A stretch of 64,000 bases of DNA from Strigamia acuminata (Eukaryota). The stretch covers positions 31,124,001 to 31,188,000 of the forward strand of contig OX442314.1 in the NCBI GenBank assembly GCA_949358305.1, in the 5' to 3' direction. The translations under genes were made by a program, and so were the position numbers. Position 1 is the stretch's first letter. The number at the start of each line of letters is the position of its first letter. The notes under the pieces were generated by a model. That model was not told the DNA's origin, ran no database searches, and was given only the letters and a program-made list of their open reading frames with translations. Shown in pieces: positions 25,095-36,580 of the stretch.

Positions 25095-26349
25095 GTAATG
25101 AAATGATACTACAAGGGGAAGACAATGGCGGCGAATCGTGGTCCCTTGAAGAGCGGCGGCGACCTGGCTGGCTGGCACACAGACGTGGGGCGGCGAGCGA
25201 GCCACTCGGATGCAGTGACGGCGAGCGGGCCACGCGAATGCGATGGCGGCGAGCGGGCCACGCGGATGCGATGGCGGCGAGCGGGCCATGCTAGTGTGAT
25301 GACGGCGAGCGGGCCATGCTGATGAGCGAGTAAGCGAGCCAGCGCGGCACATGGCCGACGCAAGGGGAAGCCAAAGCAAAGGCGGCGAGCGTGCCACGCA
25401 GACGCGGAGGTAGCGCTGCGAGCCATGCAGATGCGAAAGTGGGGTGGCAAACGGGCCACGCGAGCGCGCGGCGGTGAGTGGCCACCAGAATGCGAGGGGG
25501 CCAACGTGGATACGGGGCGGCGATCAGCCACTAGGATGTAAGGGCGGCGAGCAGGCCAACGCGGATGCAGGGCGTCGAACACGAACCCCAAAAACGGCGA
25601 GCGGCTCACTTTCCCCCATCGAAATGAGAGGAAGGCGGGCACACCGGGCGAAATGGCGTGGCGGGGGCGAGCGGGCCAACTTCACATTTATGTCGCTCCA
25701 CTTCCGTGGCGCACAAGCGGTCGAAGAAGCACCTGGTTGACGACCGAAGAAATGGAGCACACTAGCGGCAGTTGCAGGGCTGCACGTGCACACGGATGTA
25801 ATGAGTGGCCGTGGGCCTCAAAACGTCCAGACAAACGCAGCAGTGGTAAGCGCGGCGCAAAGTGAGCAGCTGACGCAGTCGTAGTGATAAGCACAGATGG
25901 ATCACGAACCGGACGACGGCGAAAGAGCAGTGGCGAGAAGATCGCGATGTGCAGTAACGAGCACAGTCGTATGCAGCGAATGGTGGCTGCATTTATCCCC
26001 CACACTAGATTGATTGATGGAGTCTTTGTGAAAATCGCTCACTTTGAAGAGACGAGAGTCTTTGCCCTTGAAGACCCTGACAGTGTATGACCACTGTGGT
26101 CCAGGCCCAGTCCACGATCGAGCCGTCTTGCATAAAATACAAGACGCCCGATCTCAACAAACCATCGTTGCATTTGTTTTGGCAACAAATGGGGCTCTGT
26201 ATGGCCAAATTATCCGATGTGGAACATCAAAATTCAACCTGACAGCTCAGTAAATCACCGTTTGAGCAACGTTGAATCGCACACGATTGAGGTTCAACCA
26301 GACGTCATACCACACATTCGTAAACGTTCACTTGCACAGAATTTACAGT

Positions 26350-26525
26350 GACGTGTTTATATCCTCCTTTAATTTGGCATGCAGGTAGGCTGCCTTTACA
26401 TCATGCTGGTTCACCGGTCTATTCCGCTTGGCTGCCTTGCTTAAAACATCCTCAGTGTCTCTATGCATATTAAGGGTGCAAAAGTTGCGTCATAATCAAG
26501 TCCGGGTCTTTGCGAATATCCCGCG
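26350..26525 (-). pseudogene. copia RT N-terminal fragment
   Basis: GYSQRPGLDYDATFAP...QHDVKAAYLHAKLKEDI. Confidence 0.85.
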
Positions 26526-27171
26526 AATATAACAAAGAAATATTAATTAGAAAGGCTGATATAAAATTCAAAGATTTCGAACAATTGAAAATCAACACGC
26601 GGAAGAATGTTTTTAATTACTTTTATTAATTAAATTAATTAATTTATTATTATTTGGGGTCGTCCATAGATTAGGCCAGATTGGGGAATTTTACAAGTAG
26701 GAACCCCTCTGCCCCTCTCTTGTATCATAAATGTAATGTAAGAAGATGTAAAACGGCGCAGAGAGGTGACAGGCAAATACGTAAGCTCATCCTTCCAAAT
26801 TCCAATGCCAAAAAAATATTTAAATTTACGGCAATTCATTTTGTTTCATCGTTACATACAAGTGTTTTTTTTTTTTTTTTAGATATGCAGTTTACACGAT
26901 AATATACTGGATGCTTGAAAGAACGTAAAATATTGTAATTTCATGATGAGGTCACGAAATGTTTTACAAAAAAAATATATTTTTAATTTTCATATCGATA
27001 GCAATTTTGTCTGGTCTGATTTGGGACACTTGGGATGAGGTCTTGCTTGAGCTTAGAAAGCTTCTTGTTTGATGTAATGCAATTATGGCGCGTTGAAAAA
27101 CCTTTCAAAAACTATTTAAACAGTAGTCTGCCAAATAAAAAATTCGTGATTCAGCATGCTGCCGCGTACTG

Positions 27172-27600
27172 GGAGCAACATTCCTAAGAGCAACAGTTGA
27201 AATTAGGTCTAAAATTGGTTAAGAGCAACATTGCTCTTAGACATTATAAAAAAATGACGTGGAGCGACAGTTGCAGTTGCGTGTAATAATGACTAAGAGC
27301 AACATTGTTATTATTTGAGATTGCTCTTAGACATTATAATACAATGACGTAGAGCAACAGTTTTATGCATGACTAAGAGCAACATTGGTATTATTTGGGA
27401 TTGCTCTTAGACATTATAATAAAATGACGTGGAGCAACAGTTTTATGCATTACTAAGAGCAACATAGGTATTATGTGGGATTGTGAATTGTGTCACGTCG
27501 TAATTACGTGACGCAACACGAGCCAATCACGTGGCGCAACACGAGCCAATCACGTGGCGCAACACGAGCCAATGATGTGGCGCAACAGGGGTATATAAAC
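27172..27600 (+). promoter_or_regulatory. palindromic ~80-bp repeat array, three 23-bp CCAAT/CACGTG repeats and a TATA box
   Basis: CTAAGAGCAA-N18-TTGCTCTTAG arms with TGACGT in each unit; AGCCAAT at 27521, 27544 and 27567; TATATAAA at 27592. Function is inferred. Confidence 0.55.
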
Positions 27601-28309
27601 AGGTAAAATCAGTATTCAGGTACACTTTCCAGTTTTCAGTTGCCAGTTGATTACCCGATTACCGATCTAGCAATGCAAGCAACGATTATTGAAGGAATAT
27701 GTACGCAGAGAATGAATTATAAGTTACATTAAGTTAAGTTACAAGGATTTACATTATGAAAACTATCGTTCAGAACGTCTTGCAAATTATTTACTACTAT
27801 CTTAAATATGTGATGATGGCAAAATTCCAAAAGACTACTAATTCTTCTGCTCGTTTCCATTTTTTCAGTTCGGGAAAAATATGGAATTTTGTCTTCTGTA
27901 TGAATGCCTTTATTATTGACCTCCATGATTCTACCGAACCATCTTTTTAAGAGTATAGACGCTAATGTCTCTAGCTTTTTCTGTCTTTCTTCTAAAGTTT
28001 TACCATCTACTTCTAAATAAAATTCCTTGTTTTCAAAAAATTACAAAAATATGAGCATGGTTGTGTAGAGCAAAAAATAGCCAACCACACAAAGGTAAAA
28101 AAAACAATTAACAATGAATAGAGTTTGACATTTTAAACTATTTTTAACAAAAAATCCAAAGATTCATTACTTGCATTTTAAGTCAGTCAGTCAGTCAGTG
28201 ATGTTGAGTAACGAACAATGCTTGTGAACTGCACTGAAGCACTGTCTTAATATACACGAAGAACAGGAAACATTTCATAAATTTGCTTTTTATATCCGAA
28301 TTCTATCAC

Positions 28310-28470
28310 CAGGAGAAGAGTCTTTTCCCGATTAGTGGCTGACCTCCAGAACACGGTGGTGTTCCAATAAAGTCCAAGTTGCCGTCTGTATCCTCCAAAC
28401 TGCAAACTTCATTTTGAAATAGAAGTAACAGGTATTTCTCGTCAATTCTTTTCAAGAAATAGAATGTAGT
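28310..28470 (-). pseudogene. third fragment of the repeat-domain ORF family
   Basis: IDEKYLLLLFQNEVCSLEDTDGNLDFIG...IGKRLF. Confidence 0.75.
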
Positions 28471-28529
28471 TATCTCTGATGATAAAGTGATTATTGAAAC
28501 CCTAGGGAAAATGGGTGATGCAGGTCAGG

Positions 28530-28900
28530 TTTTTGTAAAAGTAATTTTGAAAAAGAAAATCCCCAAATTTTTCGGTGTGCTGTTAAAATCTTTAAAGGTG
28601 TGCAATTTTGTTCCGCAATCGGAACAATCGAGCTCGGATTCAAAATACTTGCAAATGTCGCAACATAACAAACACAATCAAATTGACTTGATGTTTGTGT
28701 AAAGGAACGTGAGAATCTCCCACCATGTCGGTTGCCAACAAATCTTGCGTGGTTTCTAAATTGAAATACAGAAACTTTGGTTTCATAACCTCTTTCTTTT
28801 TGACGGACATCCTTATGTCTTCCAAGTCTTCGTGGAATGTTGCAACCTCTTTACAAACCGGTCAAGTTCCATCAAAGACAAATTTTTGTGCAAAATGAAA
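28530..28900 (-). pseudogene. protein-primed DNA polymerase B (Polinton-type) exonuclease-region remnant
   Basis: KFLYFNLETTQD...HQVNLIV resembles ExoI F(Y/F)DxET..HxxNL, followed by frameshifted CDIC and CSDCG..TF, and preceded by *PVCKE..H. Confidence 0.55.
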
Positions 28901-30400
28901 AATCCCTCTTCTTTCCAATTTGCAACTTCCTTCCAAAGAACTCCCAACTACGCCACATCCATTTTCAAAATCGTAGTGTACATGGTAAAAGAAACGTCCT
29001 GAACAATTGTCTAACTTGCACCTGTGAACAAAAAAAAACCACTTGGAAGCAAAATGTCAATATGCTCGATGCCCATCACCGGCATTTCATCCAATGCAAA
29101 CAGCATGATTGCAACATTGGTAAACCATTTTGCCCCAAAACAAAATAAACATTAAGCAAACAAAAATAAATCCTAACAACAGTTATTCATAGTCCCCAAA
29201 AATATAAGAAATAGAAAAAGAGAGAACAACAACAGTTAGACAGTATAAATTTTTTTTTCTTTTGCCAATGACTATCGGCGTTGTCGCGTTGGGACCGGCA
29301 TCACCCATGGATGGTCGGGAACATTTCCACGACTGCTTAATGCATGTCCCACAAGTGGTGCAATTTGAGGTCTCAACATCCTGTACTGACCATCAAAACC
29401 ATCCTCACGTAAGTCGTTAGATTGCCTTTGTATAAAGTGTACCGTTAATGTTAAAAAGTTTTAGAACCTCTGGAATAGACCAGACGAGTTGAATTGAAAA
29501 CGGTGTCCAAATTTCATGTGAATTTACATTTGTCATATTGTAAGACAGTTTGAAGCCGGACACGTAGAAACATTTCGCGCCAACTCATTAAATGAAAAAG
29601 GTGCTCCTCATTATTTACGTGTAGAAAACATTAAACAGTAAAGTTATGCTCTGCTTTGGGAGGATTTACCACAGGTGTAGCAATCAGGGGTGCAGCGCAC
29701 ACAGTTAACACAAGCACAGGGGGGACCATGGACGATGATACCTCATCTTTCAAGCCCACTGTAACATTTAACAAGAATCTTAGTAGTTTTCAGTAATCCT
29801 GTTGTAAAGTTACACATTATTCTAATTGTATCAGGTTCCACCACTTGTTAACAACAGTAGCGCACCAATAGCAATTGACAACAGTTTTTATGTCTGTCCA
29901 TGACCTCTGTGCATATCGACTCCCGTTTCATGAACTCCCCAGTCGGCTCCTATTCCATTTTAAAACTTAATAGTTTTTGCAACATTAATTAGTTTGCCTA
30001 ATCCCAAATCTGCCGGATAAATTCGGGTGAAATCAAAACTAAAAAATGAAATTATTTCGTATTCGTTGTTTCAGCTAATTCCTTTCCGAATTTTCGCCGA
30101 CTCAACCTGGCTGTGGATGTAATTCATGCACTCCTTATTATTATGACTACCGTGAATATCTTTTTTCAGATGACAAGAAAACAATTTTCTCCTGAAGCAT
30201 TTTTATTTCGAGTTTCATCCTTTTCGTATTTTGTTGTAGTTCTGTTATAGTTTTTTTGGGATTCGGAGCACTCGAGTTTGGACTCGGAAAACACGGACCC
30301 GGGACGCATGGGGGAACCACCGTCGCAGGTCGTATAATAAAGAATAATTTCAAATTTTTTTTGTAAAGATTTTAAAATTCAAATACAGTGGATTTTTTCA

Positions 30401-30696
30401 TTACATCTCGGCATCACAATTCTGCTCTGCTCGTCTGATTCTTCTTTGAATTTGGTTATCGGTCAGATTGCATCTGATTTTCACACAGATGTAATGGCTA
30501 TTTTCATGTTCGCCACACATCAGGCAAACACATCCAATTTCTCCCGGGTGTAACTCATTGCGGATCTTTTTACACCGTTCTAAAACAGCGTTAAAAATTT
30601 GAATTATTTATCAATTCCATTTAATAAAACAAAAAAAAAATCTTTAAATCACTTACCAATTTTTTGGGCAAAAGTCAATGCCGATTCTGCGTTCAT
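30401..30696 (-). CDS. predicted two-exon 72-aa Cys/His-rich micro-protein
   Basis: Exon 30696-30657, GTAAGT...TTTTAG intron 30656-30580, exon 30579-30401 splice in frame to MNAESALTFAQKIERCKKIRNELHPGEIGCVCLMCGEHENSHYICVKIRC... Confidence 0.5.
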
Positions 30697-30817
30697 TTTT
30701 TGTGACTGTTGTGCTTGAATTTCTGAACGATATGAAACGTCCGTGGGTATGTAATCAATTTAAAATGTATTTCCTGTCGGTGCTACAATCTGACACTACA
30801 ATTTATTAATAGCATAC

Positions 30818-31388
30818 TGTTACGTGGATCCTGGGTGCCAATCCGAGTCCCACGCAACTGTTATTTAAATGAGTGAGAGGAAAAGAATGAGGCGTTGTTT
30901 ATGTTTCAAATTCAACTCTAATCTTTATTAGACCGGACAGACAAAGTCTGTTCGACCTTCCTTAATTGTGCGCTTTACAAATCGGGTAATCAAACATTAT
31001 TAACTTTGAATGAAATGACATTTACATTATCTAAATTCACTACAATTAAATAAACACTTTAACAACTGGGTGATAAATTGTATAATTTGCAAACACAGAA
31101 GATAGCCGTCAGCCGTACCCTTTGTTTATTGGGCGACATCAGGCTAGTAAATTAAATTGATGTTTCTTGTAAAGCAACATAAGATTAAGTGAGCTGTCTT
31201 AGTGTGGGTTAGTTCATAGGAAATCTCCTATTCTACCCTTTATCGAATTGATTGGCCCAACAGACGACGATGACGGTTTCCAATCGCCCGCGCCATCTGT
31301 TACCGAAATTTAGCAACATTTAACTAATAATGAATCGAATTACGTGATACGAATCGCGCATTTATCGACACGGTTCGTACACGTGACA
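30818..31388. mobile_element. solo LTR, 571 bp
   Basis: TGTTACGTG...CACGTGACA termini, 4-bp TSD ATAC. Confidence 0.88.
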
Positions 31389-31598
31389 ATACCTAATAAT
31401 AATAATAATAATAACAATAATTTAAAAAAAAAAAATAAGATGACTTGAATTTCATCTGTGTTGATTTTTTGTGCTGCTTTAATCATCGTACAGGATGCTA
31501 AAGTAAAAACAGCACCTGTTTCATCTTATACATCTACACAATGTTTGACTTCTTTTGATTGAATTGCTCATTCTCTGCCTTACTGTTCTGTGTAAAAC

Positions 31599-32143
31599 AT
31601 GAGTGAGTTTGTGCTGGAGCAATTTTTACATGACGTGAAAAAGGCATGCTGGAACTACGCCTTGCTGGAACTACGGTAAATATATTTTATTAATTTTTTT
31701 ACTTTTCTGCCTTTTATTTTTAATCTTTTTCATTATTCACGTAGACGAAATGAGGATCCTCCTATGATATCCCCACTCCCTGTTTATGACACCCCTGTCC
31801 GTCGGTATGTTAAATTTTTAAATTGTTTTTTTTTTGTTTTAAAAAATTGATTTATTTGATTGATTATTTGATTTATTAGAGGAAACGTAGTTCTTCCGTT
31901 TCCGCCGACTGCATGTGTGCCCATCAAGTCGATTCCCCCTCCACCTCCTCCTCCTCTTCCTCCGTCCCCCTTGTCAACCGGGGAGGAAATGAAGAAAAAA
32001 GCTGATTTTTTGGAGGCAAAGGCACCCGCCGCCCGCCGTACCTGTTAAACCGAAGGTACGGGGGTGCTTTCGCGGCATGACACCGGCACCGACTGATGAA
32101 GAAGTGGAATTTGAGCGTATGGACGCACTGCGTCGAAGTTGTC
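31599..32143 (+). pseudogene. three-exon proline/tyrosine-motif gene, copy A (one frameshift; 3' end joined to the Polinton block)
   Basis: Exons 31599-31675, 31745-31804, 31880 onward; GT-AG phase-2 introns; MSEFVLEQFLHDVKKAC..VYDTP..PFPP..PPPPPPPLPP..PAVPVKPK..EFERMDALRRSC. Confidence 0.75.
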
Positions 32144-32461
32144 AAAATACTGAAAGCAATCCCGCACTTCAACAAAAAAAAACTGAAAGCGTTGCTGCAA
32201 CACGCCAACGACGACTTTTGCAAAACCATCTGCGAAATCTCTTACAACATTTTAAGAGATAACGTACCTTTGAATTCCGCTCAGAAGCAAAAGTTAGCGC
32301 GAAGGAAACGTTTGCTTCGTCGTCTCGCTTCAACTTCCAGCACCAAAAAATCGAGAAAAAAGCTGGTCCTGCAAACCGGAGGATTTCTACCCGAACTTCT
32401 GACACCGCTGATTGGCGCTGCTGGTGGCCTGATCGGCGATTTGATAAAGAAATATGGCTAG
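32140..32461 (+). CDS. Polinton/Maverick small basic core-like protein, 5'-truncated
   Basis: ICEISYNILRDNVPLNSAQKQKL...RKKLVLQTGGFLPELLTPLIG: basic body, xxGG-F protease-type site and amphipathic tail. Confidence 0.8.
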
Positions 32462-33257
32462 AAAATTATTAATGGTCCCGTAAGAAGTGATGGCCGCGCT
32501 CCAAAAACAACAACAGCCGGACCCGCCGTCCAGGACGGAATACGATACGATAGAACCGCAATTTCAGAAACTGCGCTCGATCGAAGCCGACATCCGTGAA
32601 GTGATGGACGACCCGCAATTCAGCGAAGAAATCAAAGCAAAGTTGCTTACCCAACTGCAAGGACAATTTGCAACGTTTAAGAATCAATTTCGTGTGCAGG
32701 CGGCACCTGTCCTTCAGCAACAGGCAGTGCAACCGACAGCAGCGGCGAGAGGTAGTCCGAACGCAAGAAAGAGTCTAAGTGAAGAAGCGGTATTGCAGGC
32801 ATTACCAAAAACGACCCGGGTGAAGGGGGCGGCATTGATGGATTTGTTAAGGTAGAATCCCAGAGTGGAATGGAACGAAAAATCCGAGATGGTGATAGAC
32901 AACCAGACGATCCCGGGCTCCAACATGATAGATTTGATCGGACATTCGGTTCGAGATCGAACAAAGCACGATTTCTATCCCAAAAGGATCGAACAATTTA
33001 CGTCCGTACTTCGTGAACTAAACGTTCCGCAAGAATACATTGGAAATAAGAAATATTGGAGAGAAATCCAAATGTCGTCATTCGAAAAACGACTACTACC
33101 GCGCGAGCTGCAATGTACACCCATTCCCAAGGACAGATTCGAAGAGGTAGATAAGGGAGTGTACAGTCCCATTCACAGCGAATCGGAGTTCACCACGCCG
33201 ATAGGCACGAAAGACGAACCAGAATCAGGGTTCCACATGTCGTTTTCGAGAAAATAA
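32454..33257 (+). pseudogene. conserved Polinton ORF upstream of integrase, with two in-frame stops
   Basis: One frame from ATG 32454 through TAA 32481 and TAG 32853: LPKTTRVKGAALMDLLR*NPRVEWNEKSEMVIDNQTIPGSNMIDLI...LNVPQEYIGN. Confidence 0.8.
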
Positions 33258-34337
33258 GAAAAATTTACTTTGATCCCAAAGAAGCTGCGGGGTTTGGCGG
33301 TCAGTTAAAATTATACCGCAAAGCCAGAAAACGAGGAATAAAAATCACGCGCAAGGAAATACAGCAGTGGTTGAAAGGGCAAGACACTTATACACTGCAC
33401 AAACTGGTCCGATACAAATTCGACCGATCAAAACCCATGGTTGGTGGTGCGAATGTGCAATGGCAAGCAGATTTGGTTGACGTGGCGAGTTTGGCCAAAC
33501 ACAACGTCGGCATTCATTTTCTTTTGACTGTCTTGGACGTATTCTCACGCATGACGTACGCCGAACCATTGAAACGCAAGACGGGCAGAGAGGTGACGCA
33601 AGCGTTCAATGTCATTTTGAAAAGGGCCAAAACGCAGCCCGGTTTCCTTCAAACCGATTCGGGAAAGGAATTTCTGAATTCCGAATTTCAAAAATACTTG
33701 AAGAATCACGACATCAAGCATTTCGTGACCCAGAACACGGAAACGAAGGCCGCGATGGTCGAAAGATGGAACAGGTCGTTGAAGGAACGTATGTGGCGTT
33801 ATTTTACATTCAAAGGCACGCATCACTATCTCGACGTTTTGCAATCGTTCGTGCGATCCTACAATCACAGCAAACACAGGATTTTGAAAATGAAACCGAT
33901 TGAAGTCAACGCGAAAAACCAGACCGAGGTTTTCAAAAGACTTTACGGAAACCCTTTTGCCAAAAAGCCGCCAAGCAAAGTTTAAATTTTCCGTAGGCGA
34001 TCAAGTACGAATCAGTAAATCGAAAGCCGTGTTCAGAAAAGAATACAAAGGCTCATGGACCCAAGAAATTTATTACGTAACGGCCAGGTTATGGCGCACG
34101 TCCCGACCCGTTTACAGGCTTAAAGATTACAACAACGAACATTTACTGGGAACCTCTTACCAGGAAGAATTACAACACGTAAAAAAATCGACAGACGACG
34201 TGTACGCGGTCGAAAAAATTTTAAAAACGAGAGGAAAAGGAAATAAGAAATCATACCTGGTTTGATGGCAAGGCTATGGTCCTGAGTTTGATAGTTGGGT
34301 TAAAACCCAAGACATGCAGGATGCACCGCCATCTTAA
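33239..34337 (+). pseudogene. int: Polinton-type retroviral-like integrase with C-terminal chromodomain
   Basis: IYFDPKEAAGFGG, YTLHK, WQADLVD, LQTDSGKEF, VERWNRSLK; frameshift near 33970; FSVGDQVRIS; VEKILK..YLV*WQGYGPEFDSWV. Confidence 0.92.
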
Positions 34338-34427
34338 ATTAAATTTGGAAGAAATAAAACACAAGAAAAAAGTAGAGCACGGTTAACATTTATTATTGTA
34401 AATTATCAAATAAAATACAAATTGCAT

Positions 34428-34892
34428 TTATTTTTTGTCGTTAAACAATTCTTCGACTTGCTGTTTCTGATTGGTGATTTGATTCCATAAACACGGGGTG
34501 AGAGTTAAACGCTGAACTTGAATGTCGTCCACACACCCACGCAGGAAGAATGCAACATCGCCGTCCTTTCCACAATTTGCCGGTTGAATCACGATCGTAG
34601 TTTTTTCACCGAGGGGTATTTCCTTTTCTTCCGTACATTTGCCAGTAATGATGTTGAAATAAGTTTCTTCTACGTCCAACATGATTTCCAGCGAATTCAT
34701 TTCGTCCCATTCTTCGCGCGTGAACTGGAAATTTTCTGATGACGTTGCCCACTCTTGATTTTTGAACACGTATTCGCGAACGCAGATCAGGGATTTCACG
34801 GCATTCAAAACAACGTAAATGTTCGTGCTTCGCCCTGACAACTACGTGAAACGTGAACATTCCCACTTCGGCTCTTGAATCACATTCTCCAT
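34428..34892 (-). pseudogene. tandem PC4-like ORF with one in-frame TAG
   Basis: ATG at 34892 overlaps the upstream stop (TAATG); ICVREYVF..FQFTREEWDEM and AFFLRG..LTLTPCLWNQI. Confidence 0.6.
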
Positions 34893-35290
34893 TACTTAGA
34901 TCCGTCGTCTTCGGAATCGAGTTCGTTGACGTCGTCTTGAAGAAATTGCTCCTCGGTTATACGCTTTTCAAACAGCGCCCTCATTAGTGGACAAGATCGG
35001 GAAAATTCCCGGTGTACCATCAGTGGCTCCTCCCCTTCTTCTTCCGCACCTTCCTTCTAGTCGCAAATTCGAGTGTTACAATAAACACATTCCACGACAT
35101 CTTTAAAACCCGTATATACAAACCCTGCACGTGCAAAACTTTCCTTCTCTGGAAACTCAATCTTCCAGTTTTCCGAATCAAAAGTTTTCACTCTGTCTTG
35201 AACTAAATTTTTCATTTTAGCATGAGAAACGTCCATCCACAACGTACTCATGCCGGAAGCCAAATGAGTAAACAAGTTACTAGCTTTCAA
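34892..35290 (-). pseudogene. single-BIR (IAP-like) protein with TAG in place of the conserved Trp
   Basis: RVKTF..W..FARAGFVYTGFKDVVECVYC..ICD*..P..HREFSRSCP. Reading through the stop at 35057 completes the CxxC-H-C zinc site and an acidic tail. Confidence 0.85.
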
Positions 35291-35295
35291 ATTCT

Positions 35296-35928
35296 TTAAT
35301 TACGAGAGAGACTACAATCGTCTTTTTTCTGAGAATATAATTTTGCAATGTCCCAATTACGTTTCACGGCTTTGTTTAACATTTTCAAACCCATAAATTC
35401 AAAAGAAGTAAACACGATGAAGTCAGGACTCGCCTTATCTTTCATCTCGCGACGTAAATACAAAGACATAACGCGATCTTCCCTCACGTAAGTAGCCACA
35501 GACAAGTGAATTTCCAAAATCAGATCCTCGCTGATTTCAATGGAGACCGGAACAAAATCGTGCGGCCACGATGGTGACGTAAAGCACTCGACAGTCAGAT
35601 TTCCGAAGACATCCATCACACGTTTCAACGTTTTCTTCGATGTCAGAGTTACCCATTCGCGATAAGACAGAGGTAAAAGTAACGATTCATAAGGATAAAG
35701 ACCAACTTGGCGAAAGCAAAAATTTCGCCCGTCATCTCGATGTTTTTGAAAACATAAAGTAATTTGTGGTCCATTAAACTTAATAGTAGGTGAACCATCA
35801 TATGCGAAAAAAAGATGATGGTGAACCCTCATATTCGAACGAAGACATGTTATAGATTTCGCACACAAGTCAGGAATGAACTTTAAAACAAAAGCCGGAA
35901 ACGAAAAACCGTTACGGGCAAGTTTCAA
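35296..35928 (-). CDS. hypothetical Polinton accessory protein (~180-210 aa)
   Basis: Open frame tightly packed between the BIR and nuclease ORFs; paralog at 15440-15630. Confidence 0.6.
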   Translation of the reverse strand: MKLARNGFSFPAFVLKFIPDLCAKSITCLRSNMRVHHHLFFAYDGSPTIKFNGPQITLCFQKHRDDGRNFCFRQVGLYPYESLLLPLSYREWVTLTSKKTLKRVMDVFGNLTVECFTSPSWPHDFVPVSIEISEDLILEIHLSVATYVREDRVMSLYLRREMKDKASPDFIVFTSFEFMGLKMLNKAVKRNWDIAKLYSQKKDDCSLSRN

Positions 35929-36037
35929 CTTGTTAAAAACACCAGTTTAAATAACAGGAAACAAAAAACGGTTACACTTAAGTTTGAGCACATTACAGAC
36001 ATCAGTTTTAATAAAAAACAGGAAATAGAAAATACAG

Positions 36038-36580
36038 TTACAATCGAAGTTGTTTCAAATACCATTTTTTAAAATAAAGACATTCCAGTTTTGGACAATG
36101 TGCAATTTTTCCTTTTTTGATGTATTTGTGTAAGTCACAAACTACGCTAAAATCGTGTCCATCGTACAAGTCACAAAACTTTGGGCAACCGTAATCTTCC
36201 AGATTGAGAGAGGAAATTCCACATGCAGTTAACATGTCACGTTCAACGTGTCCACCCTTGTATGCGAAAAGTTCAGTTCCAAATTCCAATTTACACGTTC
36301 GATGTAAACACTTCAAAACATCACACACTTTTGATTGCGGATAATCGCGCAGACTGTCTTCAAACCTCATTTCATGAATGTTCCTACTCACCCAACTCAC
36401 ACATTTCTTAACTTTAGGATCCAAATCTAAATATTTTCCAACTTGAAACGTACAGTGGCCGTAAGTGGCATCACGCGTAAATGCGTAGCCAAGTTCCTTT
36501 ACCAGAAATTTTTTGTTAAACATGAAGCCGTCAAAATCAATAATGCATCCAACTTCTGACATCAAGTTTTGTAATTCCAT
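36038..36580 (-). CDS. Maelstrom-like / DEDD (DnaQ)-fold putative nuclease
   Basis: IIDFDGF..FLVKELG..H..WVSRNIH..YKGG..NLE..GCPK..CDLH..HCPKLE; the frame is open. The likely start is the ATG of MELQN. Confidence 0.65.
   Translation of the reverse strand: MELQNLMSEVGCIIDFDGFMFNKKFLVKELGYAFTRDATYGHCTFQVGKYLDLDPKVKKCVSWVSRNIHEMRFEDSLRDYPQSKVCDVLKCLHRTCKLEFGTELFAYKGGHVERDMLTACGISSLNLEDYGCPKFCDLYDGHDFSVVCDLHKYIKKGKIAHCPKLECLYFKKWYLKQLRL

Noticed and set aside
25020..26253. Dense overlapping ORFs as a real gene cluster
   Set aside because: High GC and repeated motifs suppress stops in all frames; no recognisable domain.
27172..27480. CRISPR array
   Set aside because: Inter-palindrome segments are near-identical between units rather than unique spacers.
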